63,888 nucleotides of DNA, filler included, from Stramenopiles sp. TOSAG23-3 (GCA_900128585.1; 15 parts of 15 records of this genome joined end to end with filler, not necessarily neighbours in it), one strand, 5' to 3'. Shown: positions 32,569 through 44,444, counted from the first letter of the whole stretch. The notes: generated from the letters alone by a model not told the origin. Numbers and translations: made by a program.

Positions 32569-33540
32569 GAGGCAATGGCGCACAATCGCCTAACACTCCC
32601 GCCCACATGGTTGTCGACACCACGAAAAGACCAACACAGGAAGATGCACACGGCTCTGCTCAATACATGCACGAACGAATTTCATACTGACCCGAAATAT
32701 TCAATCTTGTACGGAGGTCTCTTTGCAGCATCTCAACTAAATAAAGGACAAACTTTATTCCAAGACATGTGCGACAGAACCCAAGGGGGTGCGTACGGAA
32801 GACAGAGTGAACTCGCACTAATACCTTGCGAATACAATTTGGAAATTATTATCTTCGAAAATGGCACCCAACAATGGGTACAAAGGCCAACAGGAATCCA
32901 CCAAGAAAAGCACGTTATCGCCCTCAGGTGGTGCCGTCAGTCAATACATTACGACTGGCTGAAACGGATCAAACCAATTGAGGAAATGAATTCCACAGAC
33001 AACTCCGATGAGCCTAAACGAGTGAATCACCTGCCGGAGTCTCTAACACTTGGGCCAACCTCCACGGACACTGATAATCTATCACCCCCAACATCGCAAG
33101 AGTCGAACAGATCCAGGCAACCAAAAAAATCTAGCCGCTGTTTGAACTCTAGTGATGATGTGGAAATAGATTCTACAGATACGTTCGCTGAGTGTATCCA
33201 ACTGCTTCACCGGCCGGGGTCTCCAGAACTTGGACCAAATTTCAGAGACGCTGATAATCTATCCCCCCCAACACCAAAAGAGTCGAACAGATCCAGGCAA
33301 CCAAAAAACAAATCTAGCCGCTGTTCGAGTTCTGGTAATAAAGGGATGATTGATTCTCAAAGCGACTCTGATGTGTTTGGCGAAGAAGTGATCTACTCGC
33401 AAAAGTCTCCACAGATGGATGAAATTATCAGGGACTTTGACTGGCAATTGGGTCGATTTGTTGCGTACAGATCACCTTTAACAAGAAATAATTCCTCAGT
33501 GATTGACAACCAACGAAACGAGATTAAAAAATCAAATTAA
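32569..33540 (+). CDS. OTU-like cysteine protease (C-terminal half) with Ser/Pro-rich internally duplicated tail; probably 5' truncated
   Basis: AYGRQSELALIPCEYNLEIIIF...IALRW....HYDWL fits the OTU (W/Y)G..EL...I...L...HYD.L pattern; catalytic Cys motif not seen; DNLSPPT.ESNRSRQPK.KSSRC occurs twice. Confidence 0.6.
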   Translation, partial: EAMAHNRLTLPPTWLSTPRKDQHRKMHTALLNTCTNEFHTDPKYSILYGGLFAASQLNKGQTLFQDMCDRTQGGAYGRQSELALIPCEYNLEIIIFENGTQQWVQRPTGIHQEKHVIALRWCRQSIHYDWLKRIKPIEEMNSTDNSDEPKRVNHLPESLTLGPTSTDTDNLSPPTSQESNRSRQPKKSSRCLNSSDDVEIDSTDTFAECIQLLHRPGSPELGPNFRDADNLSPPTPKESNRSRQPKNKSSRCSSSGNKGMIDSQSDSDVFGEEVIYSQKSPQMDEIIRDFDWQLGRFVAYRSPLTRNNSSVIDNQRNEIKKSN

Positions 33541-33665
33541 AACATCAAGATAGGATATGGGTTGGAACTGAAATCGTAATTGGTATAAAATGAGAGTCTT
33601 AAAGCATTAGCTAATAGCTACACTAGATATAATTTGTTTTTTTTAATAACAGCCAATTTTTTGTT
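33430..33665 (+). repeat. Dispersed repeat family B (RDF..YRSPL module plus AT-rich tail), copy 1
   Basis: GACTTT...GATTTGTTG.GTACAGATCACCTTTAAC is shared with 47491-47545 and, more diverged, 63306-63360. Confidence 0.8.
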
Positions 33666-33727
33666 AATAAAGTAAAGGAACTCTGGATTAACAACTTTAT
33701 TCGGGGAGCAGGTATTATACACCGGAA

Positions 33728-34310
33728 TTATGTTTCAACAATTACCTGTATGAGACTTTCTGATTCAGAATTATTATCCTTGCTGCATTTGCACGAAACG
33801 CTAATTGCAAGTTGCCCTAAGGCTCCACGAATAACGCCGCAAAACATTACACTATACTGAAGGCTTTCTATTTGGACTGGGAGCGAAACAAATTGCATCA
33901 ATGGATTCCTTTTCAGCGACAAGATAACTTTTCCATCCTTATCATCCCAATTTCTGATATCAATCTTTATCCCGAATACCAACTGAAAACCAGGCCGAAT
34001 TATTCTCTCCACTGCATTTTGAAACGTTAAGCCTGATGCGGTAATATCTTGTTTTGCTAATATCTCATCAGCTAACCTGGTACCAATACTGAAGCCTATA
34101 CGTTCCAGTTCATGATGGACTTTGTCAATATTCTGTGTTGATGTAAGAGAAAAAAGTTAATAATAAAAAAAAAACTACAACCTGAAAACCGCAGGTACTT
34201 ACTTCAAAGTCCTTCAGTAGCTGACCAACCAAGACACCATAAGTCAAGCAAAACAACTCTGCGTTGCAACTTTCAAACCGCTGAAAGGAAAGGTCACCCG
34301 CACGATACAT
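33728..34310 (-). CDS. TRAPPC3: TRAPP subunit Bet3/TRAPPC3-like; exons 34310-34203 and 34132-33728, 70-nt GT-AG intron
   Basis: NAELFCLTYGVLVGQLLKDFE|NIDKVHHELERIGFSIGTRLADE..NPL..FV.LP..L.YS.MFCGVIRGAL; GTAAGT donor and CAG acceptor keep the frame. Confidence 0.85.
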
Positions 34311-36161
34311 TTTCCTTGACTGGGCGTTTCGGGCATGCGTTGTTCACTAAGAGTCTCTGGATGCCCCAATTTTGCAAGTTCTGTGCATCGATGTACTAGA
34401 AGAGGCTACAGAAAAATGCTGAAAATATGTATACTGTGGCAAACGTTTCTTAGCATATAACTGCATCTCCAACACTGTTCCACAGTGAAATATTTATTTA
34501 GTAGCTTCCGTCGGCGGCAGTCGGTACCACAATTCATCACGAGAAATTTGAGAATTTGACTCTTTTTCCACGGTGGTCACACATTCTCCTGTGATCGATT
34601 TTGTAAGCACAGTACATAGTTCGTACATATAATATACATTTTCAATTCAATTATATATCCTATCAAAATAATGGCGTGACCCTTCGTAGAGGCCTGGCAG
34701 GGGCCTATTTCTATAATTTACCTAATTGGTATCGACAAAGCATGAACATTATGCTGTGTCCATACGAATACTGAGCAGCACCCACGAGCGGCTCCTCCAA
34801 TTTCTATAATATATCGACAAATAGGTAAATTATTGGAATGGTCCAGCAGGCGTTGTGGAAGGGTCATATTTTCATAGGATATAAAATGTACTTGACCGTG
34901 AAAATGATTAAAATTCTCAATTTCTCCACAGTTCACTTCACATCTACTCATTTTCACAGGAAATTTGTTTCAGTAACAATTCAAGACGCGTGTTTCTTTC
35001 AACATTTCCACAAAAGACGTTGCTGGTCGATTTCGATCTTTTCGAATATCTTCAAGATATACTACTACAACATATTTTTACAAACTGTGTTTGTAGGTTT
35101 AAGCGTAATATTGCTGAAATAGGCAAAATATGATTTTGGAAATAAGTGCGTGCTGTACAGTGCAATCTCCAAACAACTTCAGAGGGATATTTGTCTCTTA
35201 CTTTACAAAAGTTACTATATTTTGTTTTTATGATTTCGATGCCCTTTTTTCTGATTTTTGACTTCTCGTGCTTGTGGCGCTGAGGGAAAGGCATAGAACA
35301 ACTATCGCTCATCCCTTTTTCGTACATTTTCTAATTGTTTGCGGTCGGTCCGGTCCTGTCCGTAAACAAAATGATGATTTTGTGTCATTTTGCAGTCCAC
35401 TTGTGCTGTTGTGTTGTTATTAATAATACAAAATGGTGTTTTACAGTTAACGAAATTTAGATAGGAATTTATTTGACTTACGTAATTTATTTTAAGTGAA
35501 ATCCCATATATAGTATGGATACAGCATAGAATAGACGAAGTGGAATTAAAATGTTAGAAAGAAGACACAGGGAGATAGTTGCTAATGTACTGTAGTAGTC
35601 GATTGCGCCTTATGATTTCTCTAATATTCCAGGTGGTTTGGTTTGGCTTACCAAAAACAACAGAAATAATGATGATAACATTAAGTAGTGGTTCCTTAAA
35701 TTTTTTTATTATTTCAATTAAAACAACGATTGCCTGTCCCTTAAAATCACAAAACGAGTGAGTAGTTCAGTAAAAAAAATACAATTATCACATCAGAACT
35801 GGCGGGACTTTTTTACTGCAGTGCTGTGTTAATATTAATTTGTGTTATGTAGTATAATTTAAATAAATTTCAAAAAAAATTAATTATTATTTTCCTTTTT
35901 TAATTGTACTGCTGTTAAATATCTTCTGATCATCATGTTGAAATAATAATACATCGTTTTTTCTCTTCCTAGTTGTCAGTTAAGCAGCAAAACTTTTAGT
36001 ACCGTGTTGACTAACGCCACGTACGTAACAGTATTGTCTCCCCACTGCATTAAAGTAATGTTTTCTTCACTTCATCGTTGAAACAAGTGCAGGCGCCTCA
36101 CGCAACCGGAAAATATTCATTTGTGTGAATATACGAGGGAGGCAATAGTTAGCTGTGTGAA

Positions 36162-37878
36162 ATGAAAGAGTTGTTTACTCTAGAGTCCGCTTATCATGGT
36201 GCTGGGCCAGTTCTATTTTCATGGCAAGTTTCCGGGAACTTATTGGCAACAACTGGAAGTAATAGTTTGGTCCATATATTTGATCGCCACGGCAAGCATA
36301 TAGATGAAATAAGCTTGAGCTCATCTCAGCCAGTATTGGCTTTGGAATGGGATAAGGATGGCGAATCTTTAGCGGTTTTGCAAGCGGGTAACGGTGCGAT
36401 TCCAATTTGGGATGTGGCGACAAGGAAAGTAAAGAATTTGGAGACGAACCTGAAGGATCCTACCTTTTTGAAGTGGTCTAAAACTGGGCCACAACTTGCC
36501 ATCGGGACAGGAAAAGGAAATTTGCTCATTTACAGGAAAGATATCAAGAAAAAAATACCCGTACTGGGAAAACATGCAAAGAAAATTACTTGTGGGGCGT
36601 GGATAAACAATAATAGGTTAGCACTGGGGTCTACGGACAAAACTCTAACAATAAGTTCTGCAGATGGGGATACACTTGAACAGACTGAGTTGAAATTCCC
36701 ACCAGAAAATATTCAGTTTCTGCAAGTGCAAAGTAATCCTATACAAACGGGTGGACCAGAAGCATCCTCTGGAACTAAATTTGAAAGTCGGCATGGTAGC
36801 ACTATATCAATAAATATGGGACGGGAAATGATTTTGTTGTACCAGCTGGATGACCCAGACAACCCGATTCAACTGGCATTTCAGAAGAAGTATGGACAAA
36901 TTGTTTCTTACAAATGGTTTAAAGAAGGTTTTATTATGATCGCATTTTCAGACGGTTATTTAGTTGTTGTTTCAACTCATTTGGATGAAATCGGAGAGGA
37001 AATTTTCTCTGGCAGATTTCACAATGATACATTGATTGACATTGCCTACTCAGAGACCATGCAAAGAGCAGCTACGTGCGGAGAAAAAATCATAAAATTA
37101 GTTGATATGACCAATTGGAAACCCATACGAGACGAGACCATCAAATTAAATAAGGCATGTGGTAGTATTTGTATGCTATCGTGGACATGTGATGGGCAAA
37201 TATTGACAGTGGGGACAGATAGTGGCGACATCTTTAATTTTTTAGCTAAAATGCCGACGGTTCACGATGCGTGCAATACCAGAGTTGCTTTTCTCAGCTC
37301 GTTGAGAGAAATCAGTGTTGTCGATACTGTAGACGATGGCTTCCAACAGATTTCAATCGAGTTGTCAATTGAACCCTCGTTCATTGCACTTAGTCCAACA
37401 TATACAGCTTGCGGCATGAATATACGAATATGGTTTTATCGTCTGGGTAATTCTATGGAGGACAAAGTACCGATTGCTGAACGCGAATTTCCTGGAAATA
37501 TCGAGTCCGTCTGCTTAAACACGCACTATGCAGCAGTGTTAGTAGAAGGCAAAATACATTTGTTTCTGATTGAACCTCAGTCTTACGGGGATGAAGATAC
37601 AAAAATATTTAATGAAAATTCTGGGCGAATTACGCATATGGATTTGCGAGATGATGTGCTGATATACATTGTAGACAGTAATTCTCGCGGGCTACAGACA
37701 TGCGTTGTCAAGTTCTTCTCATTACGTGCATGGGTAATGTTGGAAGGATGCGAATATCGCCATGATACTGCACTCCGTGCCGTTTATCCCAATAAGAGTG
37801 GGACAAGGCTTTGCTTACTTGACGAATCAGGACGAGGTTGGATATATAACCCATCCGCATCCCATATATTCCAAATCG
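36162..37878 (+). CDS. WDR19: Intraflagellar transport protein IFT144/WDR19, 3' truncated
   Basis: WDKDGE.LA, WSKTGPQLAIGTGKGNLLIY, KIPVLGKHAKKITCGAW, PIQLAFQKKYGQIV.Y.WF, AFLSSLREI. Confidence 0.95.
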
Positions 37879-38076
37879 NNNNNNNNNNNNNNNNNNNNNN
37901 NNNNNNNNNNNNNNNNNNNNNNTTAATTAATTAANNNNNNNNNNNNNNNNNNNNNNNNNNNNNNNNNNNNNNNNNNNNACTAAGAAAAGAGAGTAGTCGT
38001 CTAGATAACACGTAACATAGAAAGAAGAATCGATTTTTTCTTTTTTCTTGAACGAACAAATTCCCTTTTTTCTTTT

Positions 38077-39333
38077 TTGGGGTTGGACTGCTTAAAAATT
38101 GGTTTCGACAGTATTGACCTCGGGCGCGGTAACTCGAAAGCAGCGAGCGCTGCTGAATTGCGGGACAAACGACTGCAATACTTCAAGAAAAGTATACCGA
38201 CAATATCTCTAGAGCAGCGGGCGGTCAGTGGGTGGAGACCAAATGTTTTAGCAAGTGAAAAGTCGGAGTCGAACGACAAGATAGGCGAATTGATGGGGGC
38301 CCTTCTGCGCTACGATTGCATGGTGTCGAGGAAAGTGTTTTTGGGGGACACCCATTCGTGCATGATTTGTTACGAAACGCTTGCCGGTAGTGAGTTTACC
38401 CACCTGTCGTGCAAACACGCTTTCTGCACAGGGTGCCTCACAGAGCACGTGTCCGTACATGTAAAGGAGGGATCGGTGGAGCGTATCGTTTGCCCAGATG
38501 CGAGGTGCAAAGTGCCTATCGAACCGTCGATCATAAAAGGCTTGCTGGGCGAAGCCGAGTTTGAACGATGGGAAGAAGTCCTACTCCGAAAAACATTGGA
38601 CCAAATGAAAGACGTAGTGTACTGCCCGCGCAAGAAATGTAACACACCGGTCATAGAAGAATCCGACTATTTGGCGCAGTGCACAAAATGTATGTACGCC
38701 TTTTGCACTTTATGCTTATCACCGTGGCACCCTGGGACAGTGTGTCTGACAGGGGAACAGAAGCTTGCGGCGTTGGAAATGCGAGCGAAGCGGGCGAGCG
38801 GTGCCGATATGGCACTGTTCATTCGAAAGCAAATGGAATATGTAAATGAGCAGAAGACCCTTCGTTCCATGCAAAAAATGGGCTGCAAATCGTGTCCTGG
38901 CTGCAAAGCCCAGGTTAGCAAGACACAGGGCTGCAACAAGATGCGGTGCCGCTGCGGAGTCGCGTTTTGCTTCTTGTGCTCCAAAGACATTACGGTCGAG
39001 GGGTACGACCATTTCTCCAATTCATCTTGTGTTTTATTTTCGGAGGACGAGATACGAGCCTGGGAGCGACACAATGCCTTTTTTAACGTCGGAGAAGATA
39101 GGTACCAGGAGAATGTGTGGCGAATTGAAGCCCGTGGTTTGGACGTACATGATATGCAACGCGCCCCGTGCACGTACTGTGGGCAGCAAGTGTTTAAAGA
39201 GGGAAAAAATAACCACATGACATGCTGGTCTTGCAAGCGTCAATTTTGTTTTCTGTGCAAAAAGGCTCTGTTGAAAGGCAAAGCCGGTGCTCACTTTGGT
39301 ACGGGCGCAGGGAAATGCAAACAGCACACGTAG
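38077..39333 (+). CDS. RBR E3 ubiquitin ligase (RNF14/ARA54-like); start uncertain
   Basis: RING1 CMIC..C.H.FC..C..CP..C; IBR YCPR..C..C..C..FC..C..WH; RING2 CPGC..SKTQGCNKM.C; an extra C-terminal Zn domain. Confidence 0.92.
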   Translation: MGLDCLKIGFDSIDLGRGNSKAASAAELRDKRLQYFKKSIPTISLEQRAVSGWRPNVLASEKSESNDKIGELMGALLRYDCMVSRKVFLGDTHSCMICYETLAGSEFTHLSCKHAFCTGCLTEHVSVHVKEGSVERIVCPDARCKVPIEPSIIKGLLGEAEFERWEEVLLRKTLDQMKDVVYCPRKKCNTPVIEESDYLAQCTKCMYAFCTLCLSPWHPGTVCLTGEQKLAALEMRAKRASGADMALFIRKQMEYVNEQKTLRSMQKMGCKSCPGCKAQVSKTQGCNKMRCRCGVAFCFLCSKDITVEGYDHFSNSSCVLFSEDEIRAWERHNAFFNVGEDRYQENVWRIEARGLDVHDMQRAPCTYCGQQVFKEGKNNHMTCWSCKRQFCFLCKKALLKGKAGAHFGTGAGKCKQHT

Positions 39334-39417
39334 TAGTTTCTTATGACTTCTGAAATTTCCAGTTTATCCTTCCTTGCAATGTAAGTTGTTTCCTAAGAAT
39401 TTAAAAAACAAAATTAA

Positions 39418-39675
39418 AAACAAGAAAATTGGCTGTTATTAAAGTAAAACAACAGCCAATTTTCTTGTTTCTATTAAAGTAATTAAAATTAATGTACTGC
39501 GAACTGAAATCTAGATTTAGGACATTCTAGGTTTGCATTCCTTCATGAACTGCGAACTTAACTATCATACGGCTGTTATTTTCTTTATTAATTCTTTTCT
39601 TATCGATTTAAAACCAAAACATAATTCTTATACTTTGTACCACATGATATGTAATGAAATAACAGCCAATTTTCT
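39418..39675. repeat. Dispersed repeat family A, composite copy with 20-bp perfect inverted repeat (39418-39437/39451-39470)
   Basis: AAACAAGAAAATTGGCTGTT-13 nt-AACAGCCAATTTTCTTGTTT, then the family A body, then another inverted core at 39658. Confidence 0.9.
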
Positions 39676-39860
39676 AATGATTATGTCATATGACGATAAG
39701 CTATTATTTTACTTTTCGTAAGAATTAATAGATAATATGGTGAGTAAAGTTAAAAGATTCATACTTTACAAGAGTTCTTAGTTTTAAGCTCTTGGCATTA
39801 ACACACCCAGCGGCGTGTGACTTTTTTCAGCGCGAGCCCTTAACACCGCAGCGGGCGTAT

Positions 39861-42800
39861 CTAACGGCGTTTTCCACGCTTTTTTGAACGCATACTATTT
39901 TTTCGCCGGATGAATTCTGACGCAAACGCTGATGTTTGGGGAGTCGTGCCCATAACATCTCTGATATACTCCCGTATTGCAGCATTATCCGAGAGCGTCA
40001 TGCAAAAAGAAACCAAAGTCAAATCAGACGTCCCTTTTATCTTGTTCATTTGCTGGGTTGCCCATGCTCTCATATCTCCATCTAATTCCGAGCCTGCACT
40101 AAACCCGTCAGTCTGTGCCGGTTTGCCGCTCTGGTTATCGTTGTTTCCCCACAGCATTTGGTTGGCAGCAGCAGTGTTCTTCTTCCCAGCCAGTGCCCCC
40201 CCACGTTGCTGTTGCCAACCGGCCGAAGTGGGTTCCCGACGGGCTCCAGCCTCTTCGCTTTGGATCTGTGCCAAGTTCTTGCTGGCTTTTGGCTGTGATC
40301 CACCGGCCCACGCTCCGCCTGCCACTGCACGCCGGGCTGGTCGCCCGGGAGATTGGACGCCTAGCAATTGTTTGAGCTGCGTAGTCATTTCTTCCGGAGA
40401 CCCACTCGCGGTGCTGTCTGCAACATTGACAAAATTCAAGTTTGAGCTTGCCCCCCCCAACGGACCCGTGCTTCTGCGCTAGCTTCTGCGCCATGGACAG
40501 GCCGCCCGAGCGCGCAGCGGTTCCTCCGTGCCGCACCCCTTGCTGTGCCTGGGTCCTTCGCGCTTCTTCCTGCTGGATCTCTTCCATGGATTTCTTCCTT
40601 GGCGCTGGGGCGTTTCCTCCCCATACCCCACTGCCTCTCTGTTGCTGATGTTGCTGGCGTTCTGGAACGCTGGCATTACTGTTTCCAACCGGCGCGGTCT
40701 GAGCGTGGCGCTGTGCAGCCCGCTTTCCGGCAGCCGCTGCTTCTTCCATTTGGATCTCAAGCATGGTCTTTTTCCTTGGCGCCGTCTTGTTGTTGACCGC
40801 CCAAGTCCCTGGGTTCCGGCCTTGGCTACTTGGGTTAGGGCCAGGGTCATTTGCGCGCCTCTTTTGCTCTTCACTTTGGATTTCTAGAAGGCTTTTCTTT
40901 TGCCCCGCGCCACTGGGTTTGGATTTGTCTCCCCATGCATTCGCCTTGGCTTGCGCGGCTTTCTGTGCCTCGAGCAGCCGTCGCTGCTCTTCTTCCTTCC
41001 TGCGCCTTCCCTCTTCCTCTTCAGCGCGTCTTTTTGCTGCCACTTGCGCTTCTGCTGCCTTTCGCTGCTTCTCCATTTCTTGCCTTGCAAGATCCTCTTG
41101 TTGGCGCCGGCGTTCCATCTCTTGACGCTTTGCAAATTCGGCTTCGGCTTGCAGGCGTTTGCGCTGTTCCTCGCGTCGACGCGCCCGCTCTTGTTGTTCC
41201 AACTTTTCGGCTTCCTCGGCCATCCGTTGCTGTTGCTGCTGCATTGCTAATTTTTGCTGCTGGGCTGCGTACGCAGTACGCTGCTGCGCCTGCTGCTGTT
41301 GTCGCTGGATCTGCTGCTGCTGCCCGGGTCGCTGCTGCTGTTGTGCTTGGACTGGTCGCTGTTGCTGCTGTCCTTGGCGTGAAGGGTACATCGGGCGACC
41401 TTCGAACGCGCGGCGCAAGTCTGGGTAAAGGCGTGCGAGAGGTACGAAGGGAAACTGGTCAGACGGCCCTTGGCGCACTGGCAGGTTCGGCTTGAAGTAC
41501 CCGTTGTCAAACCAGTCTCGCATATCTTCCGAATTAAACGGCCCTTGCACACGCCCTTGCGGGTCTTGGTAGTACCACTCGTTCTCGTACTGGGGCGGCA
41601 CCTGCGACATCTGCGGGGCGCGCGGTTGTTGTTGCTGCCGTAGCATGGCCTGCTGCTGTTGTTGCTGGTACTGTGCACGCTGCATCTGTTGTTGCCGGAG
41701 CATGGCTTGCTGGGCCTGCTGGGCCTGTTGGGCTTGTATGCGCTGCTGCTGGTCTGCTTGCTGTTGCTGGCGGAGCCACGCTTGTTGCTGTTGTTGCACT
41801 TGCATTTGCTGCTGTCGTTGCATCTCTTGGTGCTGCTGCTGGCGCCGAGCGGCGTCTTCTTGTTTGGCTCGCTCCTGTCGCTGGATTTGCATCTGCATCT
41901 GTTGCATCTCTTTTTCTAAGGACTGTGCATTGACGGAGGTCACAGGCGGGTTCTGCGTTTGCGATACATTGGGGGCTTCCAGTGCTCCCCCAAATTTGTC
42001 GCCCTTCGAATCTACAGTTAACTTCAACGCTGGCCCAGCGTTCTTGCGAAGGGCCGCCATTTCTTTCTCAAACTTTGCCGACTGTGCCGCAAAACCTTCC
42101 AGCGACCCTTCGCCGTCCCCCTCCAAGGCGCCAAGCATCCCGGCCCCGAACGTGTCGTTGTTGTTGGAATCGTTGCGGTTTCCACGGTTGGGCTTAACCT
42201 TGACTCCGCGCTCCCACCCTGCGCCTTTCCCAGAATTGTCCCCCCCGCTGCGAACGCCTCCCCACCGGCCACCACCGTTGTTCTGTGACGACGGGTCCGA
42301 CCCCGAGCGGCCGCCGCCCAGGCGTTCCCAGCGACCCTTCCCGCGGACATCGCCGCTGCCCCGGGGTAAGCCCGACGCCACACCAGCATTTCTCGTGGGC
42401 TCAGCGCTCCCACGGGCGCCGAAACCAGCTCGATCATGTCCACCACGCCGATCGTTTTGGTTCCGGTTGCGGCCACCCCCACGCTTGGCAAGGTGCCCGC
42501 CCCATATCTGGTTCAACTCTTCGTACACTACAGGCTTCAGGACGACCGGCGCCAGGCTCTTCTCCAGCGTCACCTTTGGAACAATTTTCATGCTATTCGG
42601 ATGTGGGGCGTCCTTGTACAGCGCTAGAATATCTTCTTGGCTGTAGCGGATCACTTTGGACGCCCCCGCAGTGCTCCTAGAGGAGGGGCTCCCCCCCAAA
42701 GGTTGGCCAAACTGAGAAAATTCTTTCTTGATATCTGCCGCTTTATTTACTGTACGAACTGGCGAATACGTCCCGCCCCCCCGTGCCCACTGTGGCTTCA

Positions 42801-42939
42801 ACGCGGGGGCAGCTTTCACCTCGAACGCGTTCGGTTTGCCAGCCCCTTCAATCGCGGGGGCAGCGGCAGCACTTGCCGGATTCGTGTCGTTGTCCGAGTC
42901 GTCGGAGTCCAAGTCCGCAAAGGAGTTCCGTGAGGCCAT
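39861..42939 (-). CDS. GYF-domain protein (GIGYF/Smy2-like); frame break at C8 run 40451-40458
   Basis: RYSQEDILAL (4E-binding-like motif), WYYQDPQGRVQGPF...M.DWF..GYF, repeated KSL.EIQ.EE, polyQ; second ORF carries the conserved L.SFC.TL...I.EY...G.....FASEFIRRK end. Confidence 0.9.
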
Positions 42940-43179
42940 AGTGTTTTAGGTCACAGAAGTTTAAACGTAACCACGTTTTACTGTACTACTATTTTGAAAA
43001 GAAAAAAAAATAAGAAAAAAGAGAACAACAAACAATCTACAACTGAAAACCACATAGAAAAGAAAACAAAAGAGAGTTTACCAAGACAATGCAAAGAAAA
43101 GAAAAAAGAACCAATACATACACACATACACATACATATTTCTAATTTGACTTCCTAAGCCATTTAACAAACTTCTTTT

Positions 43180-43287
43180 TTCTTTCTTCTTCTTCTTCTT
43201 TCTTCTTCTTTCTTCTTCTTTCTTCTTCTTTCTTCTTCTTTCTTCTTTCTTCTTTCTTCTTTCTTCTTTCTTCTTTCTTCTTTCTTC
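43180..43287 (+). repeat. (TTC/TTTC)n simple repeat
   Basis: Pyrimidine simple repeat running into contig end. Confidence 0.95.
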
Positions 43288-43827
43288 NNNNNNNNNNNNN
43301 NNNNNNNNNNNNNNNNNNNNNNNNNNNNNNNTTAATTAATTAANNNNNNNNNNNNNNNNNNNNNNNNNNNNNNNNNNNNNNNNNNNNTATAAAAAAAAAC
43401 AAAAAAGCGAAGAAGCCTTTCGTCCGCACATCAGACAATGACACACCATCACTAAAAAAAAATATATAATTAAAAAATTATTTTTATTTCTTTTCTACTA
43501 CTCGTTGCGACTACATAGTCTGATGGCTACGAATATTAGACCAGGCACGACACATGTTTCTAGGCTTTTCATTGTTCCATTTATCAGTCTAGATGGATAG
43601 AAATAATTATAATTTTCTTCTACTCTAATCAAATCGTTGTACAAAACAACAGGGGAAAAAATGATAGACGTTGTAAATGCCGTAAAGGAGCGCTTGAAAT
43701 AAACTGTAGATACCATATATTACTGGATGAGTTCCGACGGTCCCGAATCACCTGACGGTTAGAACTCAACGCCGTTTAGAACTGAACGCCGATAGTAGAC
43801 TATTGTATAGTTCGGGGGGGTTAAGCA

Positions 43828-44444
43828 TGGAAAATTTTGACGGTGATGCGGAGGACGGCAAGAGACTGATCAGCAGCACCCCAGATAATGCAAGAAAAAT
43901 TGTGACTCTGAAACGACGGGGTAACTTGCCCGGCAAGGACTCTTGCGATGCGATAGCCAGTTCACTCGGAAACAGGAAAAGAATAGATGAGCATCTCCCC
44001 TCTGAAAACTTTAGGGATAGAAAAAAACACGAACCTTCTACGGAAGTCGAAGAATGGGGCTGGTTTGTTGACGTTCCGTTCTCTCCTGGGTCGTTGCCGA
44101 AGGGTTCGTTGCCGAAGTCTGGCCCTATAGCCCCCTTGGAAATGCACTTGGTGGCCGATATTAACAAGAAAGGGACTGTACCCGCCCCAAGCGATCAGGT
44201 GAAGAAAGGTGATACAGACGAGACTTCACAGGCAAGAGAGACAAGTGGGCCTACAGCTGAATTATCGAATGAAAATGTCATAGGAAAGTCAAATTCTTTA
44301 CTAAGACTTTGGGAAAGCATGTCGATGGATAGATCCACTGCTAATTTAGACCCAAATGAAGTCCCAGGGAATGTGGTAAAAGCTGGCCAAGACAGAGAAA
44401 ACTTAACCCGCGTTACAAGTTTTTGTTTTGAAATGGATATTTAA
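43828..44444 (+). CDS. Hypothetical, mostly disordered protein
   Basis: ORF of ~205 aa from ATG 43828; short motifs EEWGWFVD and terminal FEMDI. Confidence 0.6.

Noticed and set aside
33608-33626. Helitron 3' end (TAGCTAATAGCTA palindrome then CTAG)
   Set aside because: Short and AT-rich, and not preserved in the other family B copies.
34718-35327. Possible spliced minus-strand gene between Bet3 and WDR19
   Set aside because: Short ORFs and a GTAAG donor are present, but I could not build a coherent model or recognise a domain.
39160-39333. Extra RING2-like domain lacking the catalytic Cys as a novel RBR architecture
   Set aside because: A similar C-terminal NNH-type Zn domain is known in RNF14-like RBR proteins of plants and protists.
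41645-42646. Long antisense Cys-rich ORFs (also 7411-8517, 31315-32127, 60707-61738)
   Set aside because: Shadow frames of GC-rich or polyQ coding sequence on the opposite strand.
43759-43792. 17-bp tandem duplication upstream of a hypothetical ORF
   Set aside because: Two copies only; removing one does not restore a longer frame from the upstream ATG.
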